DNA of 64,000 bases, taken from positions 4,200,408 to 4,264,407 of the forward strand of contig OZ253581.1 in the NCBI GenBank assembly GCA_965263055.1. Direction: 5' to 3'. Origin of the DNA: Vicinamibacterales bacterium. Its GTDB lineage: Bacteria > Acidobacteriota > Vicinamibacteria > Vicinamibacterales > UBA8438. The position numbers were made by a program, and so were the translations under genes. Positions 38,401 through 47,640 of this stretch are shown one piece after another (position 1 is the stretch's first letter; every line of letters starts with the position of its first letter). The notes under the pieces are model-generated. The model was not told the origin of the DNA, did no database searches, and worked only from the letters and a program-made list of their open reading frames with translations.

Positions 38401-38975
38401 GGTTGCAGTCCCCGGTTGACCACCTGTTGATCGGGGATCCCCTGGTACTGCATCTCCAGGTAGAAGTTCTTCGCCCCCAGGATGTCGCGGAAAGTGGCGG
38501 CCGCCGCTCGTGCCTCCCCCTCCTGCTGGCGGGTCAGGCGTTGCGCCACTTCTCCCTTGAGGCAACTGCTCAGGCCGATCAGGCCACCGGCGTGCCGGGC
38601 AAGCAGATCCTTATCGATCCGCGGCTTGTAATAGAAGCCGTCGGTGTAGCCGGATGACACCAGCTTGATCAGGTTGTGGTAGCCGGTCTCGTTCGACGCG
38701 AGCAGCACCAGGTGATTTGCGGTGTCGCCGGGCTGCCCGGTCCGGTCGCGCCGGTCTCTAGGGGCGACGTACACCTCGCACCCGATGATTGGCTTGATCC
38801 CCCGCTCGCGTGCCGCATCGTGAAAGGTGACGGCCGAAAAAAGGTTCCCGTGCTCGGTCACGGCCACCGCCGGCATCTGCAGCTCCGCCACGCGGTCAAG
38901 CATCTCGCCAATCCGGCAGGCGCCGTCGAGGAGAGAAAACTCGGTGTGCAGATGGAGGTGAACGAAGTCTGCCAT
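35475..38975 (-). CDS. dnaE: DNA polymerase III alpha subunit
   Basis: Start set at ATG 38975 (MADFVHLHLHTEFSLLDG PHP domain), preceded by an AGGAG SD. Full-length DnaE-like sequence. Confidence 0.96.
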   Translation of the reverse strand: MADFVHLHLHTEFSLLDGACRIGEMLDRVAELQMPAVAVTEHGNLFSAVTFHDAARERGIKPIIGCEVYVAPRDRRDRTGQPGDTANHLVLLASNETGYHNLIKLVSSGYTDGFYYKPRIDKDLLARHAGGLIGLSSCLKGEVAQRLTRQQEGEARAAAATFRDILGAKNFYLEMQYQGIPDQQVVNRGLQPIATDLNLPLVCTNDVHYLKQADFEPHDVLLCIGTGKNVEDANRLRYHGDQFFLKTPEEMAAVFGDFPQALRNTVAIAERCDVEIAKNVYHLPHFDVPEPFAGPDDYFAQVAREGFIERRERLEDLAARGLLKHRLDDYMERLDYEIGVIQNMGFAGYFLIVWDFIRYAREQGVPVGPGRGSAAGSLVAYSLRITDIDPLEYDLIFERFLNPERISLPDIDIDFCERRRGEIIDYVTRKYGRENVAQIITFGTMKARAVVRDVGRVQGLSYAEADRVAKQIPSTLDMTLEKALNENPMLREMEQGDPKVQNLLRVARRLEGVTRHASVHAAGVVIAPDAISQFAPLYRSQKDEITTQWGWKEIERVGLLKMDFLGLSTLTLLHDAVEMIERTTGTRIVLDALPLDDTSTYRLFAEAQTNGIFQFESSGMREVLRKARPQRFDDLIALNALYRPGPLGGGVIDDYIRQKEGTQKIKHPTPELEPILRETYGVIAYQEQVMRIAGELAGFSMGQADILRKAMGKKNEAVMEGQREPFLQGAMEEGLPHDTAKVLFDRIKHFAGYGFNKSHSTAYALLAYQTAYLKVHYPAHFMAALLTIERQNTDKVALYVAECRDLGVTVLPPDINVSEWPFSVTAKGIRFGLCAVKNVGGGAVEAILQARQRGRFTSLHHFCEEVSLKQVNRKAVECLVKAGAFNSCLAEAEHTTANGASTRQWGAQLLAAIDRALDQGARRQQDRAQGQHDLFGDGDGSVVGEAAWRLPTASPWTEPEQLACEKEALGFYLSGHPIDRFRDDLARADVRAIDALDNPMKSVRVGGIIAAIRRLKTKKGDPMAVITVEDRGGRIEGVVFPEAFRRYGRMLDPDRLVVVEGKLEMDDDAPRLTVNEVKALDTVLGEAGRFLAIRMASPPADKATFVALAEVFGRHYGSGKVAIDMELRDQAPPVRVRAELSRARINPSEALVADVEAVCGKGTVSW

Positions 38976-39004
38976 GACCCGATTACTCCTCCCTGTACCC
39001 CGTG

Positions 39005-40546
39005 CTATTCCCACTCGATTGTGGAAGGGGGCTTGGAACTGACGTCGTAGACAACGCGGTTGATGCCACGCACTTCGTTCACTATGCGTGAAGAGATCGC
39101 CGCTAGCAGATCGTGTGGGAGGCGGGCCCAGTCCGCGGTCATCCCGTCGCGGCTCTCCACGGCGCGGACAGCCGCCGTGTATTCGTAGGTCCGGCCGTCT
39201 CCCATCACACCGACGCTCTGCACCGGCAGCAGCACGGCAAAGGATTGCCAGATCTTCCGGTACAGCCCGGCCCGCCTGATTTGGTCCCCGACTATGGCGT
39301 CGGCGCGCCGTAGGAGGTCAAGGCGATCCTGTGTCACCTCCCCCAGTATCCGGACGGCGAGGCCCGGACCGGGAAACGGCTGACGCCAGACGAAGTCGGC
39401 TTCCAGTCCCAACTCCTCTCCCAGCGCGCGCACCTCGTCCTTGAACAGTTCGCGTAGAGGCTCTACAAGCTTGAATCGGAGGCGTTCGGGAAGGCCGCCG
39501 ACGTTGTGATGGCTCTTGATCGCCGACGATGGGCCGACTACCGACACGCTCTCGATGACGTCGGGATAGAGCGTTCCCTGTGCCAGGAAATCGAACCGGC
39601 CGATTCGACCCGCGACTGCCTCAAAGACGTCGATGAAAGTCTGGCCGATGATCTTCCGTTTTGCCTCCGGATCGGTGACCCCTTCGAGCGCCGCGAGGAA
39701 CGTTGCGGATGCATCCTCACAAACGAGCGGCAGATGCATCCGCGTGGTGAAGCGCTCTTCCACCTGCTGCGCTTCGTTGAGGCGCAGCAGGCCATTGTCG
39801 ACAAAGATACAGGTGAGGCGGTCGCCGATGGCACGGTGGATCAGCAGGGCGGCGACCGTCGAATCGACCCCGCCGCTCAATCCGCAGACGACGCGTCCGT
39901 CCGGTCCGACCTGCGCAAGGATCCGTTCGGTCGCCTCCTCGATGAACGACGCCATCGTCCAGTCGCCGGCGCAACCGCAGACGCGGCCCGCGAAGTTCCC
40001 CAGGATTTGCGCGCCATGATCGGTATGGACCACCTCCGGATGGAACAGCAGTCCGTAGAGTCGCCGCTGAGGGTTCGCCATCGCCGCCACCGGCGCGTTC
40101 GGGCTGGTCGCGGTCACGGTGAAGCCGGCCGGCGCCTCGCTTACCCGGTCGCCGTGACTTGCCCAGACGCGAAGTGTTCCCGGCACGCCGTCGAACAAGC
40201 CATCGCGCTCTCGTAGCGTGACCGTGGCATCTCCGTACTCCCGCTCCGGCGCTGCTACGACACCGCCGCCCAGCGCGTCCGTCATCGCCTGCATCCCGTA
40301 GCAGATGCCCAGCACCGGCAATCCGCTATTGAAGATTGCCGGATCGACCAGCGGCGCCCCTTCGTCCGACAGGCTCGACGGTCCCCCGGACAGAATCACT
40401 CCGGCTGCGCCTCGCTCGCGGAGGGTCGCGGCGTCCGTATCGAAGGGAACGACCTCGGAGTAGACCGACAGTTCGCGGAGACGTCTGGCGATCAGTTGGG
40501 TGTATTGGGATCCGAAGTCGAGAACCAGTATGGTCTGATGGCTCAC
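39005..40546 (-). CDS. guaA: GMP synthase (glutamine-hydrolysing)
   Basis: [20 protein letters not shown] GATase N-terminus, SGGVDS PP-loop, C-terminus ...PPSTIEWE. Start (GTG 40546 vs TTG 40597) is uncertain. Confidence 0.94.
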   Translation of the reverse strand: MSHQTILVLDFGSQYTQLIARRLRELSVYSEVVPFDTDAATLRERGAAGVILSGGPSSLSDEGAPLVDPAIFNSGLPVLGICYGMQAMTDALGGGVVAAPEREYGDATVTLRERDGLFDGVPGTLRVWASHGDRVSEAPAGFTVTATSPNAPVAAMANPQRRLYGLLFHPEVVHTDHGAQILGNFAGRVCGCAGDWTMASFIEEATERILAQVGPDGRVVCGLSGGVDSTVAALLIHRAIGDRLTCIFVDNGLLRLNEAQQVEERFTTRMHLPLVCEDASATFLAALEGVTDPEAKRKIIGQTFIDVFEAVAGRIGRFDFLAQGTLYPDVIESVSVVGPSSAIKSHHNVGGLPERLRFKLVEPLRELFKDEVRALGEELGLEADFVWRQPFPGPGLAVRILGEVTQDRLDLLRRADAIVGDQIRRAGLYRKIWQSFAVLLPVQSVGVMGDGRTYEYTAAVRAVESRDGMTADWARLPHDLLAAISSRIVNEVRGINRVVYDVSSKPPSTIEWE

Positions 40547-40628
40547 CTGTTCAGGGCGGCGGCGCGAAAGCCCTGGAAGGAAGGAATACCGGGCCAAGAC
40601 GCCTCGCGACTCCCGGTATTATAACGGG

Positions 40629-41888
40629 ATGGCTGCCGGTTGCGCCAGCTATGCGCGCATCCGCGCGTTTGTTGCTGCGGGTCTGGGACTGTGGTGTGTT
40701 GGCGTCGCCCCGCACGCTGCGGCCGGCCAGGCGCAGAGCGTCGCTGAGGAATTCGCGGCACATCGACCGCTGTTGCCCGTCGATGTCGCCTGGACCGTTG
40801 ATCTTGACGCCGGTCCGCTCCACCCGCCCACATGGGACTCCCGGACCGCGTACGTTGCGTTGCGCAATGGACGGCTAACCGCGATTGAACTCCGTTCCGG
40901 AAGGGCCGTCTGGTCGGTGGAGCAGCCGGCGGATCAGCCGCCGGTGATCGGTGAGCAACTGGTGGTGGTCGCCGACGGGGCTCGATTGACAGCCCGCCGC
41001 ACGATGGATGGCGTACCACAGTGGACCCGATCGTTTGAGGCTTCCATCGCCGGACCGCTCTTGTTCGTGGGTGAATGGCTGATAGCGGCAACCGCCGGCG
41101 GTGATCTGTTTGCGCTGCGGGGCCGAGACGGGAGCGCGGTATGGCGGCAGCATTTCGGCGCGACCCCGACCGTTCGGCCAAGCATTGCAGGTGACCGGCT
41201 CTACCTGCCGCTCGACGACGGTCGTGTGGTCGCGCTGGCGCTCGTCACGGGAGACGTCCTGTGGGAAAGTTCGTTGGGGGGACGACCACGCGGGATCCTG
41301 CCAAGCGATGCCGTCTTTGTAGGTTCGACCGATCGCCACCTGTACCGGCTCGCACTCGCTGACGGCGACACCGACTGGTACTGGCGCACGGGTGGCGACA
41401 TAGTCGGTACCCCGGTGACAGATGACACGCGGGTGTACTTTACGGCGCGCGACAACGTGTTGCGCGCACTCGACCGCCGAAACGGCGCGCGCCGCTGGCG
41501 CCGGTTCCTGGAACACCGGCCGACTAGCGGACCGATCCTGGCCGGAACGCTCCTGCTGGTGACCGGCGTGTCGGAGTCGGCGCTCTTCTTCGACGCCGAG
41601 ACCGGCGTGCCGGCGGGCCGTTACGACGCGCCGGGCGAGCTGGCGGCGCCTCCGTACCTCATCCCGGCGCCCGACCCGGCGGGAGATGGAGAGTTGCTGC
41701 CCCCGCCTCACCTGGCTTTGATCACGACCGACGGCCGCCTCATCGCGCTGACTGCGCCGGCGGGACCGCCACGGATCGCAATTTCGTTCCCGCCCCATCC
41801 TCTCCTGCCGCTTCCGGATCGGCTCTCCCCGACGCTGATGACTGAGTGGCACCCGCTACGCCTGCCATCACCGCCGATGCCCCGATGA
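40629..41888 (+). CDS. exported PQQ-like beta-propeller repeat protein (BamB-like fold)
   Basis: Signal peptide and repeated propeller motifs (LYLPLDDGRVVALALVTGDVLW, VYFTARDNVLRALDRRNGARRW). No clear lipobox, so it is not called bamB. Confidence 0.65.
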   Translation: MAAGCASYARIRAFVAAGLGLWCVGVAPHAAAGQAQSVAEEFAAHRPLLPVDVAWTVDLDAGPLHPPTWDSRTAYVALRNGRLTAIELRSGRAVWSVEQPADQPPVIGEQLVVVADGARLTARRTMDGVPQWTRSFEASIAGPLLFVGEWLIAATAGGDLFALRGRDGSAVWRQHFGATPTVRPSIAGDRLYLPLDDGRVVALALVTGDVLWESSLGGRPRGILPSDAVFVGSTDRHLYRLALADGDTDWYWRTGGDIVGTPVTDDTRVYFTARDNVLRALDRRNGARRWRRFLEHRPTSGPILAGTLLLVTGVSESALFFDAETGVPAGRYDAPGELAAPPYLIPAPDPAGDGELLPPPHLALITTDGRLIALTAPAGPPRIAISFPPHPLLPLPDRLSPTLMTEWHPLRLPSPPMPR

Positions 41889-44800
41889 TCAACCCCTTCG
41901 GTTTCCGGCGGCGAGCCGTGACGGCGGTGATCGCCGGCGCGCTCTTGCTCCTCGGAGCCGGATGGGTAGCGGAAACGTTCCGATTCGGCGCGTCCGTCGA
42001 CGACACGCTCAACCGGGTGGAGCGCCAGGTACGTGCCCGATTCGGACGACTCGCCGCCGAGCTTGCAGTCAGCGCCGACGGGGTGGCGCGCCATCCCGAA
42101 GTGACACAGCGCCTCGCCAGCCCCGCAGTGGCGTCGGCGTCCTTGTTCGACCTCGTGGCGTCCGTCGGTCCGAGCGGTCTCGACGTCACAATCTATGACG
42201 CCAGCGGCACACCCCTCGCCTGGAGCGGACAGCCGTCGGAACTCCCGCGCGAGCGGATTCTGGGGGACGCGGCGCTGTTCGTCACCTCTGGGGCGGCCGG
42301 CCTGCGTGTCGTCCATGTCGAACCTGTCCGCGCGCCAGCCGACGCCGCCGTGCCTGGACGCCGAATCGGTTCGGTAGCAGCCGAACGGGCGTTGTTTCCG
42401 TCCGGTGGTTTCCCGCCAGCACGCGGACCATCGCTGATCGATTCGCCGCTTGCGCCCATCAGCCTGCAGGCGGGCGCGGTTGGAGCCGCGATGGGAACTG
42501 CTGCTGCCGGATCGAACCGGTTCGTTCTATTCGCGCCTGATGCCTCGCCGTTACTCGACGCCGAGGTGGCCACCGCGGACCTCGAAGCCGCTCGCACGCG
42601 TTGGCGGCAGACGGTGCGCCGCCTCCTGGTCGGTTTCCTCGCAGTGATGCTGCTGCTGGCGACGTTGCCAGCGGTTGCGCTATCCCCCCGTCGCGCCGAC
42701 CGGCGGAAGATGCTTGCCGGGACGATATTCGGCGCAGCCGGGCTGACGCTGGCGACTTTCCTCTTATGGCATGTGGGAGGCCCCGCAGAGCCAGTCACGG
42801 AGGGTCCATTTGCCGGCCGAATCGTAATCCGATCGTTCGTCGACGTGCTGCTTCTCGCCCTGCTTGGCGTCGCGGTTGCGGGAACCACCGTAAGGTTCGT
42901 TGACAGCGTGCGCTTCGCTTGGCGGACGCGGCCTCGTTCGTCCCGCGGCGTGATGCTGCTCGGCCACCTGAGCGCCGGCACCGTGACCGGACTCTGGCTA
43001 GCCGGTTGCGACGCGATCCTGAGCCGCAATGCCACGGGGGCGCTCGTCAACCTGCTCGATACGTCGCTCGATCCGTGGAACCCGACGCGGCTCGGGCTTC
43101 TGCTTGGCCTGCTCGTTGGTGCTTCGTCGGCGATCTGGTTCGGCGCGCAGGCGTTGGTGCTGGCCGACGCGCGCTGGAACCGTCGCCGCTTCCGCCTCGG
43201 CACGGCCGGGGTCGCCGCATGGATCTTCCCCGCTCTCGCGATCCTGCTCGTGTTGCCCGTGCCGAGTGGTCCTTTTCTGACGGTAGTCGGCGCCGCCGTC
43301 GGGATCGCTCTGCTGTCGCCGCGGTTGCGCCCCCGACTGCGGCACGGATCGGAGTCGGCCCGCTTGACGATCCTGTTTGCCTGCTTCGTCCTGCCTGCGC
43401 TCGTTGCCTACCCGTGGATGGTGCATTACCGCGATACCGCACGCCAAACATTCATCGAGACGGAGTTCGCGCCCGCGACGGCCCGCTACCCGGAGACGCT
43501 CCTCGAGTCTGTGTCGCGGGCACGCGGCGACATCGATCTGTACCTCAGCGAGAGACCGGCGCCGGTACCCGTTTCGGCGAATGGCCCGACCCCGGACGCT
43601 GCGTTCGCCCTGTGGCGGCAGACCGACCTGGCTGATCAGCGACTATCGTCGGCGATCGAGCTGTACGACGCGGCGGGAACGCTCGCCAGCCGCTTCGCGT
43701 TGAACTTCCCGGAGTACACGGTAACCGCGCAGTCATTTCAGGCCACCTCGTGCGAATGGACCGTCTATGGTGAGGTTTCTCCGTTCGGATCGCAGGAGCG
43801 CCGGCTGCTCCATGCCGAGCGGGCGCTCTGCGGGCTGCCGGACGGTGGCGGATTGGAAGTGGAGGGCCAGCGCCTCGTCGGCTCCGTGGTCGTGCATGTC
43901 CCTCTCGACTATCAATCGCTCCCATTCATTCCTTCGGCGAGCCCTTACCACGAACTGCTCCGCGGACCCTCCACGGAGACGGTCACGACGGTCCGCCTGG
44001 ACACTGACATCGCCCTTGCGATCTACGGCTGGGGCCGGTCGCCGATCTTCACGTCGGGAACCGGCGCCTGGACGATCGACGAGGGGCTGTTTGATCGGAT
44101 CTACGCCTCCCGTGAGCCGTTCTGGACGACGCTGCGTGCCGGCGGGCGCGTGTCGGATGTCTACATCTCGAACGACCGAAGCGGCATCTACGCAGTGGGG
44201 CATCCACGTCTATCGATGTTCGACCATGCAGCCCGGCTGGCCGAGATCGTGGCAATCATGGGGACCGCGTTCACGGTCTGGCTTATTGTCCTGACGCTGG
44301 CCCAGCCCTTCACACGCGAAAGGTACCGCCTGGGGCGCGAGTTGGTCCGCGAACTGCGGGTCAGCTTCTATCGCCGGCTTTTTCTGGCGTTCGTGGTAAT
44401 CGCGGTGGCGCCGGTCCTCGTGCTGGCGGCGATCATCCGGAACTACTTCACCGCGGAACTCCGGGCGGACATCGAGGCGGGCGCGGCGCAGACGGCGATC
44501 ACTGCGCAGCGGGTGATCGACGAACTGGAGCAGGCGGGCGGCGACGCCGCACCCGTAGTGACGGACGATCTGCTGATTTTTGTCAGCCAGATCCTCGATC
44601 AGGATGTTCACGTCTACGCTGGCGAGCAATTGCTCGCGACGAGCCAGCGCGACCTCTTCGCCTCCGGCCTGCTGCCGGCCCGAACACCTGCACCGGTCTA
44701 CAGCGCAATTGCGCTCGCTGGGGCACCCAGCTTCGTCGCCGAAGATCGGATCGGCCCGCAGCCGTACCTGGTAGCGGCAGTGCCCATTCGCTCTGTCGGT

Positions 44801-45853
44801 CCCGACGCCATCCTCGCCATCCCGCTCGCGTCTCAGCAACGGGCGATCGAACAGCAGATCACCGATCTCGACCGGGGCATCCTGCTGGGTGTAACCCTGC
44901 TCATACTTCTCGGTGCGGCGAGCGGCTTCTACATGGCCGAACGAATTGCGGATCCCGTTCAGCGGCTGACCCGCGCAACGCACCGCATCGCGCGAGGCGA
45001 CTTCGACGCCCGCGTGGCGACCCGATCGGCTGACGAGCTGGCACGCCTGGTTGGGTCGTTCAACCGGATGGCACAGGATCTGGCGGAACAGCGCCGACAG
45101 CTCGAAAGAACCAACCGCCTGGAGGCGTGGGCGGAAATGGCCCGGCAGGTGGCTCACGACATCAAGAACCCGCTGACGCCGGTGCAGCTCTCGGCCGAAC
45201 ACCTGCTACGCGTTCACCGCGACCGTGGCGAGCCGTTGGGCCCTGTGATGCGCGACTGTATCGACTCGATCCTGAAACAGGTACGGATCCTGCGCCGGAT
45301 CTCGTCGGATTTCTCAAACTACGCCAGCTCGCCGACGGTCGTGCGGGAGCCGACGTCGCCATCGGGGCTGATGGCGGATGTGGTCGAGCCGTACCGCATC
45401 GGTCTCCAGGAACGGATACGCGTGCGGGTCGACGTGCCCTCGACGCTGCCAAGTCTCGTGATTGACCGGACACTGGTCGCCCGTGCGCTCGGCAACGTGA
45501 TTGAGAACGCGCTCCACGCGATGCCGGGAGAGGGAACGCTCACGATTTCGGCGTCCGCGGATGAGAGCGAACTCACGCTGGCGGTCCAGGATGATGGCGT
45601 CGGTCTCGACAAGGCGACACTCGGCCGGATCTTCGAGCCGTACTTTTCGACACGGACTTCCGGTACGGGCCTCGGGATGGCAATCGCGAAACGCAACGTG
45701 GAGCTGAACGGTGGAACCATCAGCGTCACCAGCGCAAAGGGCGCGGGGACAACCGTTACGCTGCAATTCCGACTGGATGTGCCGGACACGGCGTCGTGCG
45801 ATGGCACCGGGAGTCCGCCGCGGGCACCGAGCGGTGTTTCCCAGCGCGCGTAG
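41885..45853 (+). CDS. very large (1322 aa) multi-pass membrane sensor histidine kinase, NtrY-like HAMP-HisKA-HATPase C-terminus
   Basis: The ATG at 41885 overlaps the upstream stop (ATGA). About 950 aa of TM helices and extracytoplasmic loops, then a HAMP region (PVQRLTRATHRIARGDFD), the H-box AHDIKNPLTPV, and N/G boxes. Confidence 0.8.
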   Translation: MINPFGFRRRAVTAVIAGALLLLGAGWVAETFRFGASVDDTLNRVERQVRARFGRLAAELAVSADGVARHPEVTQRLASPAVASASLFDLVASVGPSGLDVTIYDASGTPLAWSGQPSELPRERILGDAALFVTSGAAGLRVVHVEPVRAPADAAVPGRRIGSVAAERALFPSGGFPPARGPSLIDSPLAPISLQAGAVGAAMGTAAAGSNRFVLFAPDASPLLDAEVATADLEAARTRWRQTVRRLLVGFLAVMLLLATLPAVALSPRRADRRKMLAGTIFGAAGLTLATFLLWHVGGPAEPVTEGPFAGRIVIRSFVDVLLLALLGVAVAGTTVRFVDSVRFAWRTRPRSSRGVMLLGHLSAGTVTGLWLAGCDAILSRNATGALVNLLDTSLDPWNPTRLGLLLGLLVGASSAIWFGAQALVLADARWNRRRFRLGTAGVAAWIFPALAILLVLPVPSGPFLTVVGAAVGIALLSPRLRPRLRHGSESARLTILFACFVLPALVAYPWMVHYRDTARQTFIETEFAPATARYPETLLESVSRARGDIDLYLSERPAPVPVSANGPTPDAAFALWRQTDLADQRLSSAIELYDAAGTLASRFALNFPEYTVTAQSFQATSCEWTVYGEVSPFGSQERRLLHAERALCGLPDGGGLEVEGQRLVGSVVVHVPLDYQSLPFIPSASPYHELLRGPSTETVTTVRLDTDIALAIYGWGRSPIFTSGTGAWTIDEGLFDRIYASREPFWTTLRAGGRVSDVYISNDRSGIYAVGHPRLSMFDHAARLAEIVAIMGTAFTVWLIVLTLAQPFTRERYRLGRELVRELRVSFYRRLFLAFVVIAVAPVLVLAAIIRNYFTAELRADIEAGAAQTAITAQRVIDELEQAGGDAAPVVTDDLLIFVSQILDQDVHVYAGEQLLATSQRDLFASGLLPARTPAPVYSAIALAGAPSFVAEDRIGPQPYLVAAVPIRSVGPDAILAIPLASQQRAIEQQITDLDRGILLGVTLLILLGAASGFYMAERIADPVQRLTRATHRIARGDFDARVATRSADELARLVGSFNRMAQDLAEQRRQLERTNRLEAWAEMARQVAHDIKNPLTPVQLSAEHLLRVHRDRGEPLGPVMRDCIDSILKQVRILRRISSDFSNYASSPTVVREPTSPSGLMADVVEPYRIGLQERIRVRVDVPSTLPSLVIDRTLVARALGNVIENALHAMPGEGTLTISASADESELTLAVQDDGVGLDKATLGRIFEPYFSTRTSGTGLGMAIAKRNVELNGGTISVTSAKGAGTTVTLQFRLDVPDTASCDGTGSPPRAPSGVSQRA

Positions 45854-45861
45854 CGCTGCTT

Positions 45862-46656
45862 CTAGGCCGGGCGATGCTGCCGATCCGAGACCGTCTTGGG
45901 TGCGGCGTCGTCCCGGTGGGAGTGGCGGGAACGGTTCCAGATGGCGCCGATCACGCCGGAGGCGACATAGCTGTAGCTCATCAGCAGCAGGACTGCTTCC
46001 GGCTGCGCCGCGATGGCGGCGATGACGGCACCGATGACTACCGGCGTCAGATAGGAGCGGCGCCGCCCCGGGATCAAGGCGCCGAAACTCCGGAACCGTA
46101 AACGGCTCACCATGAGAACTGCCGGGATCAGAACGATCGACAGCGCCGCAAGAGCGGTCGCTGGTTCCCCGAAACCGAGCGGCCAGGCAAAGACGGTCGC
46201 CGCCGGCACGCCGGCCGCCGCAGGAGTGGGTAGGCCAATGAAGTACCGCCTGTCGCCTTCGTGTCCCCGAATGTTGAACCGGGCGAGGCGCACTGCGGCG
46301 GCGGTAAGCCAGAGGAACGCCACTGCCCAGCCGACCCGTCCGAGGGGTTCGAGCCCCCAGGCGAACAACAGCACCGCCGGCGCGATTCCGAACGAGATGA
46401 CATCGGCCAGCGAGTCGAACTCCGTGCCGAACTCGCTTGTCGACCCGGTGGCCCGCGCGATTCGGCCGTCGAGGAGATCCAGCACCATCGCAATGCCGAC
46501 GTAGGGCGCCGCCGTTACGTAGTCCCCTCTGAGGGTAAAGACAATGCAGGACCAGCCGCAGAACATGTTGGCGACAGTGAAGAGACTCGGAAGGAGGTAC
46601 ACCCCTCGCCGCCGTTGTCTCGGCGGCCGCTTGAACATCGTCAGGACCGGAGTCAT
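45862..46656 (-). CDS. pssA: CDP-diacylglycerol--serine O-phosphatidyltransferase
   Basis: CDP-alcohol phosphotransferase motif DLLDGRIARATGSTSEFGTEFDSLAD. Adjacent to psd. Confidence 0.9.
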   Translation of the reverse strand: MTPVLTMFKRPPRQRRRGVYLLPSLFTVANMFCGWSCIVFTLRGDYVTAAPYVGIAMVLDLLDGRIARATGSTSEFGTEFDSLADVISFGIAPAVLLFAWGLEPLGRVGWAVAFLWLTAAAVRLARFNIRGHEGDRRYFIGLPTPAAAGVPAATVFAWPLGFGEPATALAALSIVLIPAVLMVSRLRFRSFGALIPGRRRSYLTPVVIGAVIAAIAAQPEAVLLLMSYSYVASGVIGAIWNRSRHSHRDDAAPKTVSDRQHRPA

Positions 46657-46658
46657 CG

Positions 46659-47309
46659 TTACGTCCTTCCGCCGCCAGGTGCGAGCCGAGCCAGGACGGT
46701 CTCGCCGCCCCGCACCGTCTGCCCGACCGCCACTGCGAGCGTCGCTGAGCGGGGGACGAAAATGTCCATGCGCGATCCGAACTTCATAATACCGAACCGT
46801 TCCCCCTGTGCCACTTCCCCGCCCGGCTCGATGCGGCAGACGACACGCCGCGCCAGGACTCCCACGACCTGGCGGAAGATTAACGACTGGCCGTCATGAT
46901 CGACCAACACTTCGGTCCGCTCATTGCGGTCGGCGGCACGCTGATGGAACGCCGGCAAGAACCGCCCGCGGCGGTGGGTGACGGAAACGACCCGGCCGCC
47001 GATCGGCACGCGGTTCACATGGACGTCGAACAGCGACAGGAAGATGCTCACTTGCCACCAGGCGCCCTCGGGCGCAGCTTCCGGATCGGGATCCCCCGCA
47101 TGCAGCACCTTGCCGTCCGCCGGCGCCAGCACTGCTTCGGGATCGACGCCGGACGGCACGAATCGGTCCGGATCGCGGAAGAACAAGGTGATCAATCCGG
47201 CGAGAAGCAGGAGTACAACACCCGGTGCGGTCAGGCCGGCTAGCCAGAGCGCGGCACCGGCGCCGGCGGGGAACGCTATGAACGGTAGTCCGGCGCGATC
47301 GATGGTCAC
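46659..47309 (-). CDS. psd: phosphatidylserine decarboxylase proenzyme (short type)
   Basis: Self-cleavage motif MKFGSRMD near the C-terminus. The GTG start overlaps the upstream stop (GTGA). Confidence 0.85.
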   Translation of the reverse strand: MTIDRAGLPFIAFPAGAGAALWLAGLTAPGVVLLLLAGLITLFFRDPDRFVPSGVDPEAVLAPADGKVLHAGDPDPEAAPEGAWWQVSIFLSLFDVHVNRVPIGGRVVSVTHRRGRFLPAFHQRAADRNERTEVLVDHDGQSLIFRQVVGVLARRVVCRIEPGGEVAQGERFGIMKFGSRMDIFVPRSATLAVAVGQTVRGGETVLARLAPGGGRT

Positions 47310-47521
47310 AGATGGCGGCGGCGGATCCGCTCCATGCGATCCTTTACCTGCAGCTTCTGTTTCTTGAGAGTGATTCGCTCGAAGTCATCGGCGCCGGAGG
47401 GGTAAGGGTTGCCGAGCAGCTCATCGAGGCGGGATTCGAGTTCTTGGTGCTGTTCGGCCAGACGACGGTATTCGTCGTCCTCCTGGAGCAACACTTCACG
47501 GGCGTGATGCTCTCGCGTCAT
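47306..47521 (-). CDS. DUF465 (YdcH-like) small coiled-coil protein
   Basis: Track ORF trimmed to the ATG at 47521: MTREHHAREVLLQEDDEYRRLAEQHQELESRLDEL...LKKQKLQVKDRMERI. The upstream extension is Arg/Pro-rich junk overlapping mutS. Confidence 0.7.
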   Translation of the reverse strand: MTREHHAREVLLQEDDEYRRLAEQHQELESRLDELLGNPYPSGADDFERITLKKQKLQVKDRMERIRRRHL

Positions 47522-47640
47522 GGCGCCTCCTGCTCGGGGTTCCGTGGTGTGGGACCGATCGCCGGCTCCGCATTTCGCCTGCAACCTATCACACGATCTG
47601 GACCGTTTCAACCGCGCCGGCACCGCCGTGAGTCGGCCGA

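Noticed and set aside
36420-38657. 745-aa ORF on the plus strand (also 35361-36404)
   Set aside because: It is antisense to an unmistakable full-length dnaE. The translation is Arg/Pro/His-rich with no motifs, which is a typical GC-rich shadow frame.
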